This document shows positions 48,485-56,311 of a stretch of 64,000 nt of DNA, piece by piece. The notes beneath the pieces are model-generated. The model saw only the letters and a list, made by a program, of their open reading frames with translations, searched no databases and was not told where the DNA came from. The translations under genes and the position numbers were made by a program. Numbering within the stretch: the stretch's first letter is position 1; the number at the start of each line of letters is the position of its first letter. Origin of the DNA: a virus (Duplodnaviria > Caudoviricetes); IMG/VR virus record IMGVR_UViG_3300047160_009226, positions 136,690 to 200,689 of that record; one strand, 5' to 3'.

Positions 48485-49297
48485 TTACACTCCCCTTTCT
48501 CGCTCTCTCCTACGAAGTTGTGCTTCAATCATTCTCCGGTGAGTCTCCTCACTCACTTTTTTACCTTTCCTAGCTTCACTAAGTTTTTTCTTGTGTTCCT
48601 CACTAAGTGGCTTACCACGACGCGATTCACGAAGTTTCTTTTTATGCTCCTCACTAAGTTTCTTGTTAAGACCCGCCTCTCTTAATTTTTGTTTGTGCTC
48701 TTCACTAAGCTTTTTGCCACGTTGTGACTCACTCATTCTTCTAAGGGTTTCCTCACCATAAACTCTACTACGATTCGATTCACTTATCTTCCTTCGTGCT
48801 TCATCCGTATGCTTCATTCCACGGTGAGCTTCACTAAGCTTTTTCCTGTGCTCCTCACTTAGAAGTTTACCACGCTTAGCCTCACTCAGCTTCCGTCGTA
48901 TTTCTTCCGGATAACGTCTTCCAGCAAGTAATGAATTAAAGCCAAATCGCGGATCAGCAGCTTGATATCTAACAATATGTTCGTCCTCAAGAACTCCCAA
49001 CAAACTTAAATCACATACATATCCCATCACCTCAAACACAAACGCTTCTTCTCCACACTCATTCCACACCCTCTGAAGTCTGTAATTCTTATGCTTATTT
49101 AAGTTCAATGCACTTCGATGTTGACTCCAACGACTACTAAAATTAATGGTGCTTCCAACATAAACCCGATTATCGATAAGACATCGAATCCAATAAATCC
49201 CTGACTCTATTCTCTGATCACCGATGATCCAAATAGGCAACTCCTCCGAGATCTGCGAAAGATCTGGAGGAGTGTCCGCCCGATGTTCTTCAGTCAT
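48485..49297 (-). mobile_element. Free-standing GIY-YIG homing endonuclease with NUMOD3 repeats
   Basis: SGIYWIRCLIDNRVYVGST...RWSQH...LQRVWN..G...FVFEV; repeated SEEH.KKLSEA..G units. Confidence 0.92.
48540..48900. repeat. NUMOD3 coding repeats (17 aa / 51 nt period)
   Basis: CACTAAG recurs at about 48601, 48652 and 48703. Confidence 0.8.
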
Positions 49298-49314
49298 GGA
49301 AAACCTTTGTTTTG

Positions 49315-49635
49315 CTAATCCCCTCTGCCGAACACCACCTTAAGAACTCCAACTACAAGCAGCACGAAAAACAGGATCGTATGACCAGAAAATCCTGTCC
49401 AGTTCTGAAACCAAACCAACGGCAGACCTACTGTCAACACTACCAAAAGCAAACCACCACTGCCATAGTCAGTGATAGGCAGACTTCCGTTTTGTTTCCA
49501 AGCCTTCTGAGGATCATAAAACGGACTGTGCGGATTTCTCAGATTAAATGGCGAATCCGAATTGCGGGGATTCAGCAGATCGTCATCCTGTCTCATCGAT
49601 CTCTCTTTCTTGGTTAAAACTTGGTTCGGGCTCAT
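49315..49635 (-). CDS. Small membrane protein with NPxxPxSP-type motif and two C-terminal TM helices
   Basis: LLNPRNSDSPFNLRNPHSPFY; hydrophobic C-terminus. Confidence 0.6.
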   Translation of the reverse strand: MSPNQVLTKKERSMRQDDDLLNPRNSDSPFNLRNPHSPFYDPQKAWKQNGSLPITDYGSGGLLLVVLTVGLPLVWFQNWTGFSGHTILFFVLLVVGVLKVVFGRGD

Positions 49636-49651
49636 CGGAGCCCTCTCTAGT

Positions 49652-49680
49652 ACTATACCCCACTCGTCCCGAAATTTCTC
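49652..49680 (-). promoter_or_regulatory. Phage promoter motif GAGAAA-N17-TATAGT
   Basis: GAGAAATTTCGGGACGAGTGGGGTATAGT. Confidence 0.8.
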
Positions 49681-49919
49681 TATTTTTCCCGTTCCAAAGT
49701 ATCGGCCAACTCACCGTGAATACGATTCACGCCACGGTAATCAAAAATGGCCGGTACACCACCCGGCGCTATGTGTACCGCTACCCCATCACGGGTAACT
49801 AATGCTCTCGGAGAATCGACCTCCAACAACCGCCCGCTCACCAACTCAATAGCAAAAGGCTGAAACGGTTGTCGCTGCATAAAAGCATCAACGGCATTCT
49901 CAAAATTCTCTCGCTCCAC
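49680..49919 (-). CDS. Small protein of a Planctomycete-type family (RxPFxPFxIxLxSG)
   Basis: QRQPFQPFAIELVSGRLLEV; start refined to GTG 49919 after SD GAGGGG. Confidence 0.75.
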   Translation of the reverse strand: MERENFENAVDAFMQRQPFQPFAIELVSGRLLEVDSPRALVTRDGVAVHIAPGGVPAIFDYRGVNRIHGELADTLEREK

Positions 49920-49983
49920 AACAATTCCCCTCCCCCTCAACTCAAGGATTTCTCCATTTTAGAAGTAACGAACCCTCTATGGT

Positions 49984-50012
49984 ACTATACTCTACTCATC
50001 CCGAAATTTCTC
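49984..50012 (-). promoter_or_regulatory. Phage promoter motif GAGAAA-N17-TATAGT
   Basis: GAGAAATTTCGGGATGAGTAGAGTATAGT. Confidence 0.8.
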
Positions 50013-50246
50013 CTACTCTGGCAAAGATTCATGTTTGCATTCGACGGCATCAATAGAACTCAACCTCATCAAGTTGATCCCTTTGCCAGGAATAGCCATG
50101 ATCAGTAAATTGGGATAAGAATTTGTAACGAATATCTCAGATCCTTCTGTAATCTGATAAACTTTATTTGCTTTAGTTCTAATGGAATACGGGCGAGTCA
50201 AGTCTCCCTCAAGAATCAGGGTCTTAAAATCAGTAATAGTAGACAC
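50013..50246 (-). CDS. Small protein, divergent member of the same family as 49680..49919
   Basis: RPYSIRTKANKVYQI...INLMRLSSIDAVE. Confidence 0.65.
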   Translation of the reverse strand: MSTITDFKTLILEGDLTRPYSIRTKANKVYQITEGSEIFVTNSYPNLLIMAIPGKGINLMRLSSIDAVECKHESLPE

Positions 50247-50289
50247 TCAAAAATTCTCCCCGAAAACAGAATGAGACACTCCCTCTAAT

Positions 50290-50318
50290 ACTATACTCGA
50301 CTCAAGCCGGAATTTCTC
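50290..50318 (-). promoter_or_regulatory. Phage promoter motif GAGAAA-N17-TATAGT
   Basis: GAGAAATTCCGGCTTGAGTCGAGTATAGT, immediately after the terminator. Confidence 0.8.
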
Positions 50319-50328
50319 TACTTTTTCC

Positions 50329-50362
50329 AAAAAAGAAACCCCTTCCAATCCATGGAAGGGGT
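50329..50362 (-). terminator. Rho-independent terminator ending the tube operon
   Basis: ACCCCTTCCA-TGGAT-TGGAAGGGGT stem (10 bp) followed by TTCTTTTTT. Confidence 0.9.
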
Positions 50363-50397
50363 CCTTGATCTCTCGATCTATTACCAACCATCCATCA

Positions 50398-50625
50398 TCA
50401 GTCAGGATCCAGCACCAATCCCCGTCCTCCTGATATACCACTTCTCCTGGCCCAAAGTGCATATACTGCGTGAATGCGATCATTAGACTGTGAATCTGTG
50501 ATTCCATATGAAGGGAGCATAACGTCATTATACGGATCTAAAATTTCTGGAGCGCCCACCAGATATGGAGGTTTAAAATTCGGATCACAAACTTCAGGAT
50601 CAAGCTGATTGATGATAATCAACAT
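50398..50625 (-). CDS. Small hypothetical protein at the end of the tube operon
   Basis: ATG 5 nt after the tube stop; ends 36 nt before the terminator. Confidence 0.55.
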   Translation of the reverse strand: MLIIINQLDPEVCDPNFKPPYLVGAPEILDPYNDVMLPSYGITDSQSNDRIHAVYALWARRSGISGGRGLVLDPD

Positions 50626-50630
50626 TGGAC

Positions 50631-51512
50631 TTAACTATATCCTGCGTCAGGTACCCCATTTAAGAATATATTAACATACTCTACATAGGCATTTGCTTGA
50701 TTTGCTACCGCTGCATTACTAGAAGAAACTTCATAAGTCACCGGAGAATTGCGATCACCATACGTAATGTTTTCAGAGGTCACAACCATCTCAGCATAGT
50801 TCACATACCCAAACCCAATCTTGATCAATGTATAGTAAGATAAGGCAACCGCTGTTGTTAACTGAAGAGTAAATTCCGAGTCAAGTGCCCGATAGTAGGC
50901 CGGTAGCATGTTCGGATTATTAAACCAATATGGTTGTAAGTTGACATTATGGCTCAGACTCCAGGACAATACAAGATCATTTCCAGTCGTCCAGGATGCT
51001 ACCGGCGTGCTAACACCTACCGTAGTTATGGGAACCGATGAGTTCACCGCGTCAATCGTCGACTTACCCTCTAGAGTGAACGTAAGTCCAGCATTCTGAT
51101 TTCCGTTCACCGAGAACTGGTTCCAAGGTAGGCTGTTCCCGTTCGGATTGTCAAGGAAATAGTTGGCGTTTCCCTGGGAAATGAGCAACTGGCGGAAGTT
51201 CACCCCCCGAGCCGATCCCTTTAAAAGCTCCAAAAGCCCCAAAGTCGCGGCAGTAATCTCACCCCCCACCGACCAGGTAACCTCCCTCGTTCCAGCCGTG
51301 TGAATCGCCTTCTGCTTGGGACCGACTCCAGGAGTAAGTGCGTACTTCGTGTAATTCGGACTTCCGGTGTCATTAAATGATGCGTCAGTAGAGAGTAATG
51401 TCTCCATTCCACACATAGGATGAATCATCTGCACCAGTCGCCGAAAACCGGCTACTTGTCTTGGATATATGACCGGAGCAACAACTACATTAGGATCAAA
51501 CGTTTGAGGCAT
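50631..51512 (-). CDS. Tail tube-like protein, paralogue 1 (two-subdomain type)
   Basis: Beta-rich, about 300 aa; GTREVTWSVGG, FSVNG..LTFTLEG, VLSWSLSHNVNLQP...LPA; aligns with 52844 and 56312 genes. Confidence 0.65.
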   Translation of the reverse strand: MPQTFDPNVVVAPVIYPRQVAGFRRLVQMIHPMCGMETLLSTDASFNDTGSPNYTKYALTPGVGPKQKAIHTAGTREVTWSVGGEITAATLGLLELLKGSARGVNFRQLLISQGNANYFLDNPNGNSLPWNQFSVNGNQNAGLTFTLEGKSTIDAVNSSVPITTVGVSTPVASWTTGNDLVLSWSLSHNVNLQPYWFNNPNMLPAYYRALDSEFTLQLTTAVALSYYTLIKIGFGYVNYAEMVVTSENITYGDRNSPVTYEVSSSNAAVANQANAYVEYVNIFLNGVPDAGYS

Positions 51513-51521
51513 CTATTTTAG

Positions 51522-52145
51522 TTATCTCCTCATCACCTGTGGTTTGATTCCCGTCATCTCTTGGACATGCTTACGAACCGATTGCTCCTTGAGATTTAAA
51601 GACATCGCCTCGTTATAACAATCCATGACCTTCCGGATGACAGCATAAGTTTTAATCGGGATATCCCCGATAGTAGGCCATGCGGGAACACCAAGTCGCT
51701 CATGGATATTCATCGCTGTGATCACTTCTTCCAGAAGAGGATGAGGATCCCGGACCGAACCCCCATCTTGCCTCCATAACTCCATGCATTCCCTCCCAAT
51801 CTGATATAAGTCTCGCCTCGATAATGTACTCGTCTTCAAAAACTGTCTTACCAAGTTCGTTGGAATCATTGCGGGGGCAAATTCCATAATATCTTTGAAC
51901 GAATCGTCGGATAAAAGATTTTCTGAGAACGTCAAGGGTCTTGAGGTCAGGGATGTTTCCGTTAGGAAGATTCGCCATAACTTTTTCTCTTGGGTAAAGA
52001 GGTTCTGTTTTGAACTGCCGAGCCTCTTCCATAAAGATACTGTAGGAAACCTCCATCTCGCAAAATAACGTATAAATCCGAGTTTATCTTTTTCTGACGT
52101 GCTCCAAATGCCCTTCTCTGACCTTGCCCAAACTTCTGTGATCAC
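51522..52145 (-). CDS. Tail assembly chaperone, G+T-like protein
   Basis: Start refined to GTG 52145 (GTGA overlap with upstream stop); C-terminal ERLGVPAWPTIGDIP resembles gpT-type tails. Confidence 0.6.
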   Translation of the reverse strand: MITEVWARSEKGIWSTSEKDKLGFIRYFARWRFPTVSLWKRLGSSKQNLFTQEKKLWRIFLTETSLTSRPLTFSENLLSDDSFKDIMEFAPAMIPTNLVRQFLKTSTLSRRDLYQIGRECMELWRQDGGSVRDPHPLLEEVITAMNIHERLGVPAWPTIGDIPIKTYAVIRKVMDCYNEAMSLNLKEQSVRKHVQEMTGIKPQVMRR

Positions 52146-52354
52146 GGTACTCCCAGGTACTCCCATAACCTGTTCATGATCGACTTCCTCACCAGCGTGG
52201 GAATCCCCTTGAAATCCTCCCAGGACTCCACCATGAGCTGATTGTTGGAGTGCTGTAATCTCTTGCAGAAATTGTGCAACTTCCGGTGAGGGGGATTCCA
52301 TACTCCCATTTCTCCAATTTCAAGCACAAAGATCGAATTCCTCTCTACAATCAT
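52142..52354 (-). CDS. 70-aa mini-protein duplicating the C-terminus of 52354..52794
   Basis: 27/48 identical aa by hand alignment (FCKR...ESWEDFK..P.LVRK.I.N.LW..LG.P); start overlaps upstream TGA. Confidence 0.8.
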   Translation of the reverse strand: MIVERNSIFVLEIGEMGVWNPPHRKLHNFCKRLQHSNNQLMVESWEDFKGIPTLVRKSIMNRLWEYLGVP

Positions 52355-52794
52355 CACGGTCCACCTAAAGATCTCCACAATTTATTAATGATCGCCTTCC
52401 TAACCAGCGGTGGAAGTCGCTTAAAATCCTCCCAGGATTCGTCCGTTAGCATTTTATTGTATTTGCTCACTCTTTTACAGAAACCTTTTAATCGTAGATG
52501 AAGATTCCAGCGGATCAAACATCTTTTAATTCGCCACTCGGAGATCACGTCATTATCTACATAGTGAATCCCCCGAACCTCGTCATAGGTAGTTGCATTC
52601 TTCTTGGCGTCAAGTTCCTCGCTGTACTCAGGATATTCAAATTCGATCGTAAAACCCAGGGTCGATAATTCTTTCCGGGCGACTGGACGCAGTGTCTTAT
52701 TCGCCATGATGCGTAAATAGAGCTTAGTCCGGAATCGTTTGCGCTCGACTTCCGGTTTACCATTAGTTTGAGCAGAGAAGTCTTTCCTAATCAT
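52354..52794 (-). CDS. Tail assembly chaperone (gpG-like)
   Basis: Follows a tube gene; IEFEYP...GIHYVDNDVISEWRIKRCLIRWNL. Confidence 0.7.
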   Translation of the reverse strand: MIRKDFSAQTNGKPEVERKRFRTKLYLRIMANKTLRPVARKELSTLGFTIEFEYPEYSEELDAKKNATTYDEVRGIHYVDNDVISEWRIKRCLIRWNLHLRLKGFCKRVSKYNKMLTDESWEDFKRLPPLVRKAIINKLWRSLGGP

Positions 52795-52843
52795 AATTAA
52801 CTCTCAACCTCTTGAGTAACATACATCTTACTTTTTCATCTTT

Positions 52844-53731
52844 CTAATTAGAACGAGGAAGTGATCCTTGTGCGAAATAGGATGCTTCCCATTTTATCGT
52901 TTCGTTCGGACCGGCTATTCCAGTAAATTGTCTCTGTGGATCTCGTATCAGATTATCAATAGTGATGGTATCAAGAGGTCCCATACCAGGAGCGACACCA
53001 ATCTGAAGCTGTAAAGTTCCTATATCTTTTGGCCTGTTATTGCGTGCTGCAAGCCAGGCAATCGTAAAAGTGATATCAAGATCGCCGGCTGAAATCAATG
53101 CAGGGTTAGGTGGCTGTGTGTACCCCGCTAGAAAATGTTGGTATTGCCATTGATTATTAAAAGTCAAAGACCAATTCATCGGAATCGCATTAGATGTAAT
53201 TACTGTAAAATTAGGAATAGTCTGCCATCCAGCTATGGGCCGATAATTATCACTCATCGGAAATAGCGGAGGTACCGGTTGTCTCTGTAATACTTGTGGT
53301 GAAGCCACTTCCTTCCATACCCACGCTGTCATGTTAATGTTTAAACTGACTAGTGATTCTGGAGAACCCGCTATCGTCAACTCATCGACATACCCTGTTC
53401 CACTGTAACCTTCCCCAACCGCAGGATAAATCTCAAATGAAACCTCTGGAACCATATCCATAAGATTCAAGGTTCTCCATTCGTAAGTCAAAGCCTTAAC
53501 CAAGGACATTGTAGCAGGACAGATAAATGTGGCAAAACTTACAGGTAAAGACCTCCTATTCTTAACTGCTAATGGACCTACTGCTAATGCAGGGTTATTG
53601 TGATAAGCGCCCCCCGCTTTAATCACATTTTCACTTTCTGAAGCACTCCCTGGAAGAAGAGGAATAGGTATGCCATTCACAATGGCATAGCCGGAATACC
53701 CTAACCCATCGAAAATATCGGTAGCTGGCAT
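52844..53731 (-). CDS. Tail tube-like protein, paralogue 2
   Basis: GYSGYAIVNG, YSGTGYVDELTIAGSPESLVSLNINM, NWSLTFNN...PNPALISAGDLDITF. Confidence 0.75.
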   Translation of the reverse strand: MPATDIFDGLGYSGYAIVNGIPIPLLPGSASESENVIKAGGAYHNNPALAVGPLAVKNRRSLPVSFATFICPATMSLVKALTYEWRTLNLMDMVPEVSFEIYPAVGEGYSGTGYVDELTIAGSPESLVSLNINMTAWVWKEVASPQVLQRQPVPPLFPMSDNYRPIAGWQTIPNFTVITSNAIPMNWSLTFNNQWQYQHFLAGYTQPPNPALISAGDLDITFTIAWLAARNNRPKDIGTLQLQIGVAPGMGPLDTITIDNLIRDPQRQFTGIAGPNETIKWEASYFAQGSLPRSN

Positions 53732-53740
53732 GATTTACAC

Positions 53741-54535
53741 TCAAGCAGTCCGTGATTTCACCCATAATATCTCTGTTCTACGGCTTTTAGCCCCCTTGAG
53801 GGGACTGCTAAAAGCTGCGATGTCGATCTCTACACGATCCCACCCAGAAAGTTCTTTATCGTACATATGATGTGCATATCCACTCAAGATAACACTTCCC
53901 TTCAGGTCTTTAATTAATCTGAGCAATCGGAGATGATCGAACGATAATAACTCATTGGTATACATATTATGAGCCACTCGCGTTGACCTATAATAAGGAG
54001 GATCAAGGTAGAAAAATGTTTCAGTAGAATCATACTCAAGAATGACGTCGAGAGCAGATTTCGAAACTATTCTCACCCCCTTTAATCTCCGTGCTACAAT
54101 AGGAATATTATAGGGCAGGGTTTCCCAAGATTCCCCTTTCTCATCTGTTTTCACCCAACTCCCACATCCAGAAAACGACATGCGGTGACGAATCAACAAA
54201 TTCACTGCCCGTGTCAATTCATCACCTTGACCAATCGCAGATCGGGCAGCTAAAAAAGTTTCCTTCTCCCATTTCGTCTGCCGAATCCTCTCCATTAACT
54301 TTTCCGGTGTCTCAACTAGCACATGATAAAAATTAATGACCTCCTTATTAATATCACACGCAATTTCAATGTCTGATCTGAACTTATTTAGCAGGACACT
54401 CAGACCTCCAGCAAATCCTTCCACGTATGTGGTATGAGGCGGGGACATCTGAAGAATACGTCGACAAATTATGGTCTTTCCCCCGTAATAATTTAAAATG
54501 GGGCTAACTTTTTGAGCTACATAATTCTCAATCAC
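53741..54535 (-). CDS. dam: Dam-family N6-adenine DNA methyltransferase
   Basis: PILNYYGGK, YVEGFAGGLSV, FFYLDPPYY. Confidence 0.9.
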   Translation of the reverse strand: MIENYVAQKVSPILNYYGGKTIICRRILQMSPPHTTYVEGFAGGLSVLLNKFRSDIEIACDINKEVINFYHVLVETPEKLMERIRQTKWEKETFLAARSAIGQGDELTRAVNLLIRHRMSFSGCGSWVKTDEKGESWETLPYNIPIVARRLKGVRIVSKSALDVILEYDSTETFFYLDPPYYRSTRVAHNMYTNELLSFDHLRLLRLIKDLKGSVILSGYAHHMYDKELSGWDRVEIDIAAFSSPLKGAKSRRTEILWVKSRTA

Positions 54536-54640
54536 TTTCCAATCCCTCCAATAAAATTATACCTAAGTAAACAATACATTATCACACTGACATAGAAAAC
54601 ATCCGCAGTCATCCACTTGACTAAGCCCCAGGTCAACCCC

Positions 54641-55450
54641 CTAAAACCACCTAGACTTCACCCACACCACCTCGACTCTTTGTGACTTGACCTTATCCGT
54701 AGAAGAATTAATCGACGTCTCAAAAGAATATTTTTCCCAACCATCAAGCTCTTTATTATAAACTGGATTGTCATACCCACTGATAATGACATTACCTTGA
54801 CACCTGAGAATTCTTTTAAGTAAAAAAAGATGTTGAAAAGCTGTCATCTCATATTCATACGCGTTAGAAGATTGCCTGGTTGAAGGATAATAAGGAGGAT
54901 CTAAATAAAAACTAGTGTTTGGTCCGTCATACCGATCAATTAAATTCAGAGCTGGCTCATTGTAAAACTCCACCCCCTGGAGTCTATAAGCCGTAAACTT
55001 GAGATCCTCGTCAAGATAGCCCCAACCGCTCTTTTTACTCTGCTCACTGATCTTACCAGAGATCTTTGAAAAATAATCGCCCATTCCAGAGGACGACATG
55101 CGATGCTTGATCAAAAAATTAAGAGCCCTGTCTACGGGATCTGTAGATATCCCCGCAGCCAAGGCTCTCTTGAAGACTTCTTCTCTATATGGGATATCTT
55201 TCAGACGATCTAAGATAACAGAAGAGTAATCCCTAACTGTTTCATAGAGGTGAATAAGTTCGGTGTTGAGATCACCGACTATCTCAGTTCCATACTTACA
55301 CTTGTTGAGCAGAACATTCAATCCACCTGCAAATGGCTCGACATAAATATCAGAGTCAGGAATAAGATCAATGATTCGACGGGCTAGAAAACTTTTTCCT
55401 CCGTACCACTTCAAAACTGGTCTAACCTTGAAATTGATATAGTTTGCCAC
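54641..55450 (-). CDS. dam: Dam-family N6-adenine DNA methyltransferase (tandem paralogue)
   Basis: PVLKWYGGK, YVEPFAGGLNV, FYLDPPYY. Confidence 0.9.
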   Translation of the reverse strand: MANYINFKVRPVLKWYGGKSFLARRIIDLIPDSDIYVEPFAGGLNVLLNKCKYGTEIVGDLNTELIHLYETVRDYSSVILDRLKDIPYREEVFKRALAAGISTDPVDRALNFLIKHRMSSSGMGDYFSKISGKISEQSKKSGWGYLDEDLKFTAYRLQGVEFYNEPALNLIDRYDGPNTSFYLDPPYYPSTRQSSNAYEYEMTAFQHLFLLKRILRCQGNVIISGYDNPVYNKELDGWEKYSFETSINSSTDKVKSQRVEVVWVKSRWF

Positions 55451-55459
55451 GACTTTTCT

Positions 55460-56032
55460 CTATAATACTTGTTCTTCTACCCATCTCAAATTATTTACAA
55501 TTCTACTAATACAAGAAACACGAACATTAAACTCCAGAGCCAAAGCTTTTTGACTTACTCCGTTAGCATATCTTCTTCTAATTTCTCTCACCTGTATCCA
55601 ACCCAATACCGCCTGATGATTTCTTTCCCCATTTTGATCTGTCCCATGAATGAGCTTATCATAATGGTTGTTTACCCTTGTATCATATCGCAAATTCCGA
55701 TAATCATTGTTAAGAGTATCGCCATCATTATGACAAACTTCCATCCCCTTAGGGCAAGATCCATACACCGCTTCACACACAAGTTGGTGAACTTTTCTAG
55801 GACATTTATTCCCATTAAAACAAAGGAAAGCCATCCGATATCCATCACCACCTACTGATGCTTTTAATCTCGTCCAATCATCTGATATATAACAATCGCT
55901 AAATCCTCGGCGTTTATACCTACTCCACAGAGAGCCATCATCTCCAATCGCATATGCACTTCCAAAACCAGGAATCCAAAAATATCGAATCGGACCATCA
56001 GATCCGACACCAATACTTTGAAGATTATACAT
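55460..56032 (-). mobile_element. Free-standing NUMOD4-HNH homing endonuclease
   Basis: YAIGDDGSLWS, KVHQLVCEA..MEVCHNDGDTLNN..NLRY, C-terminal HTH; paralogue of 37072..37866. Confidence 0.9.
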
Positions 56033-56041
56033 CTTAATACC

Positions 56042-56092
56042 TCATAAAAATTTAACACATGGTCTAACTTTAAAATTGATATAATTAGCCAT
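56042..56092 (-). other. 16-codon mini-ORF duplicating the first 11 codons of dam 54641..55450
   Basis: MANYINFKVRPCVKFL* versus MANYINFKVRPVLKWYGG. Confidence 0.8.
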
Positions 56093-56100
56093 GTGAAAAC

Positions 56101-56289
56101 TTAGTTCGTGTTGATGAGTGGTGCTGTCATGTATCCGAATTTGGGTGAGACTCGAATCAGGTAATTCGTTGACTTATCCTGAAAGAAGATGCTGTGCTGA
56201 GGTAATCTAATGAGTAAATCAGCGGCCCTCTCTAACCTTTTTCGGTTCTCGATCTCGTTCTGTTTCTTTTGTGAAATGGGTTCAATCAT
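56101..56289 (-). CDS. Small hypothetical protein, 62 aa
   Basis: ORF track 56101..56418 trimmed to ATG 56289, downstream of the tube stop. Confidence 0.5.
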   Translation of the reverse strand: MIEPISQKKQNEIENRKRLERAADLLIRLPQHSIFFQDKSTNYLIRVSPKFGYMTAPLINTN

Positions 56290-56311
56290 TGAAAAAACCC
56301 TGTCCCCCCTA

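Noticed and set aside
50247-50528. 93-aa ORF from the track
   Set aside because: Runs through a clear terminator and a promoter copy, and overlaps the better-placed 50398..50625 ORF
51700-52056. 118-aa alternative-frame ORF inside the G+T-like chaperone
   Set aside because: Fully overlapped, no SD or recognisable motifs, no slippery site linking it
52651-52657. G GGT TTT slippery heptamer in the gpG-like chaperone
   Set aside because: In -1 phase, but the shifted frame stops after about 5 codons and the site is far from the gene end; likely chance
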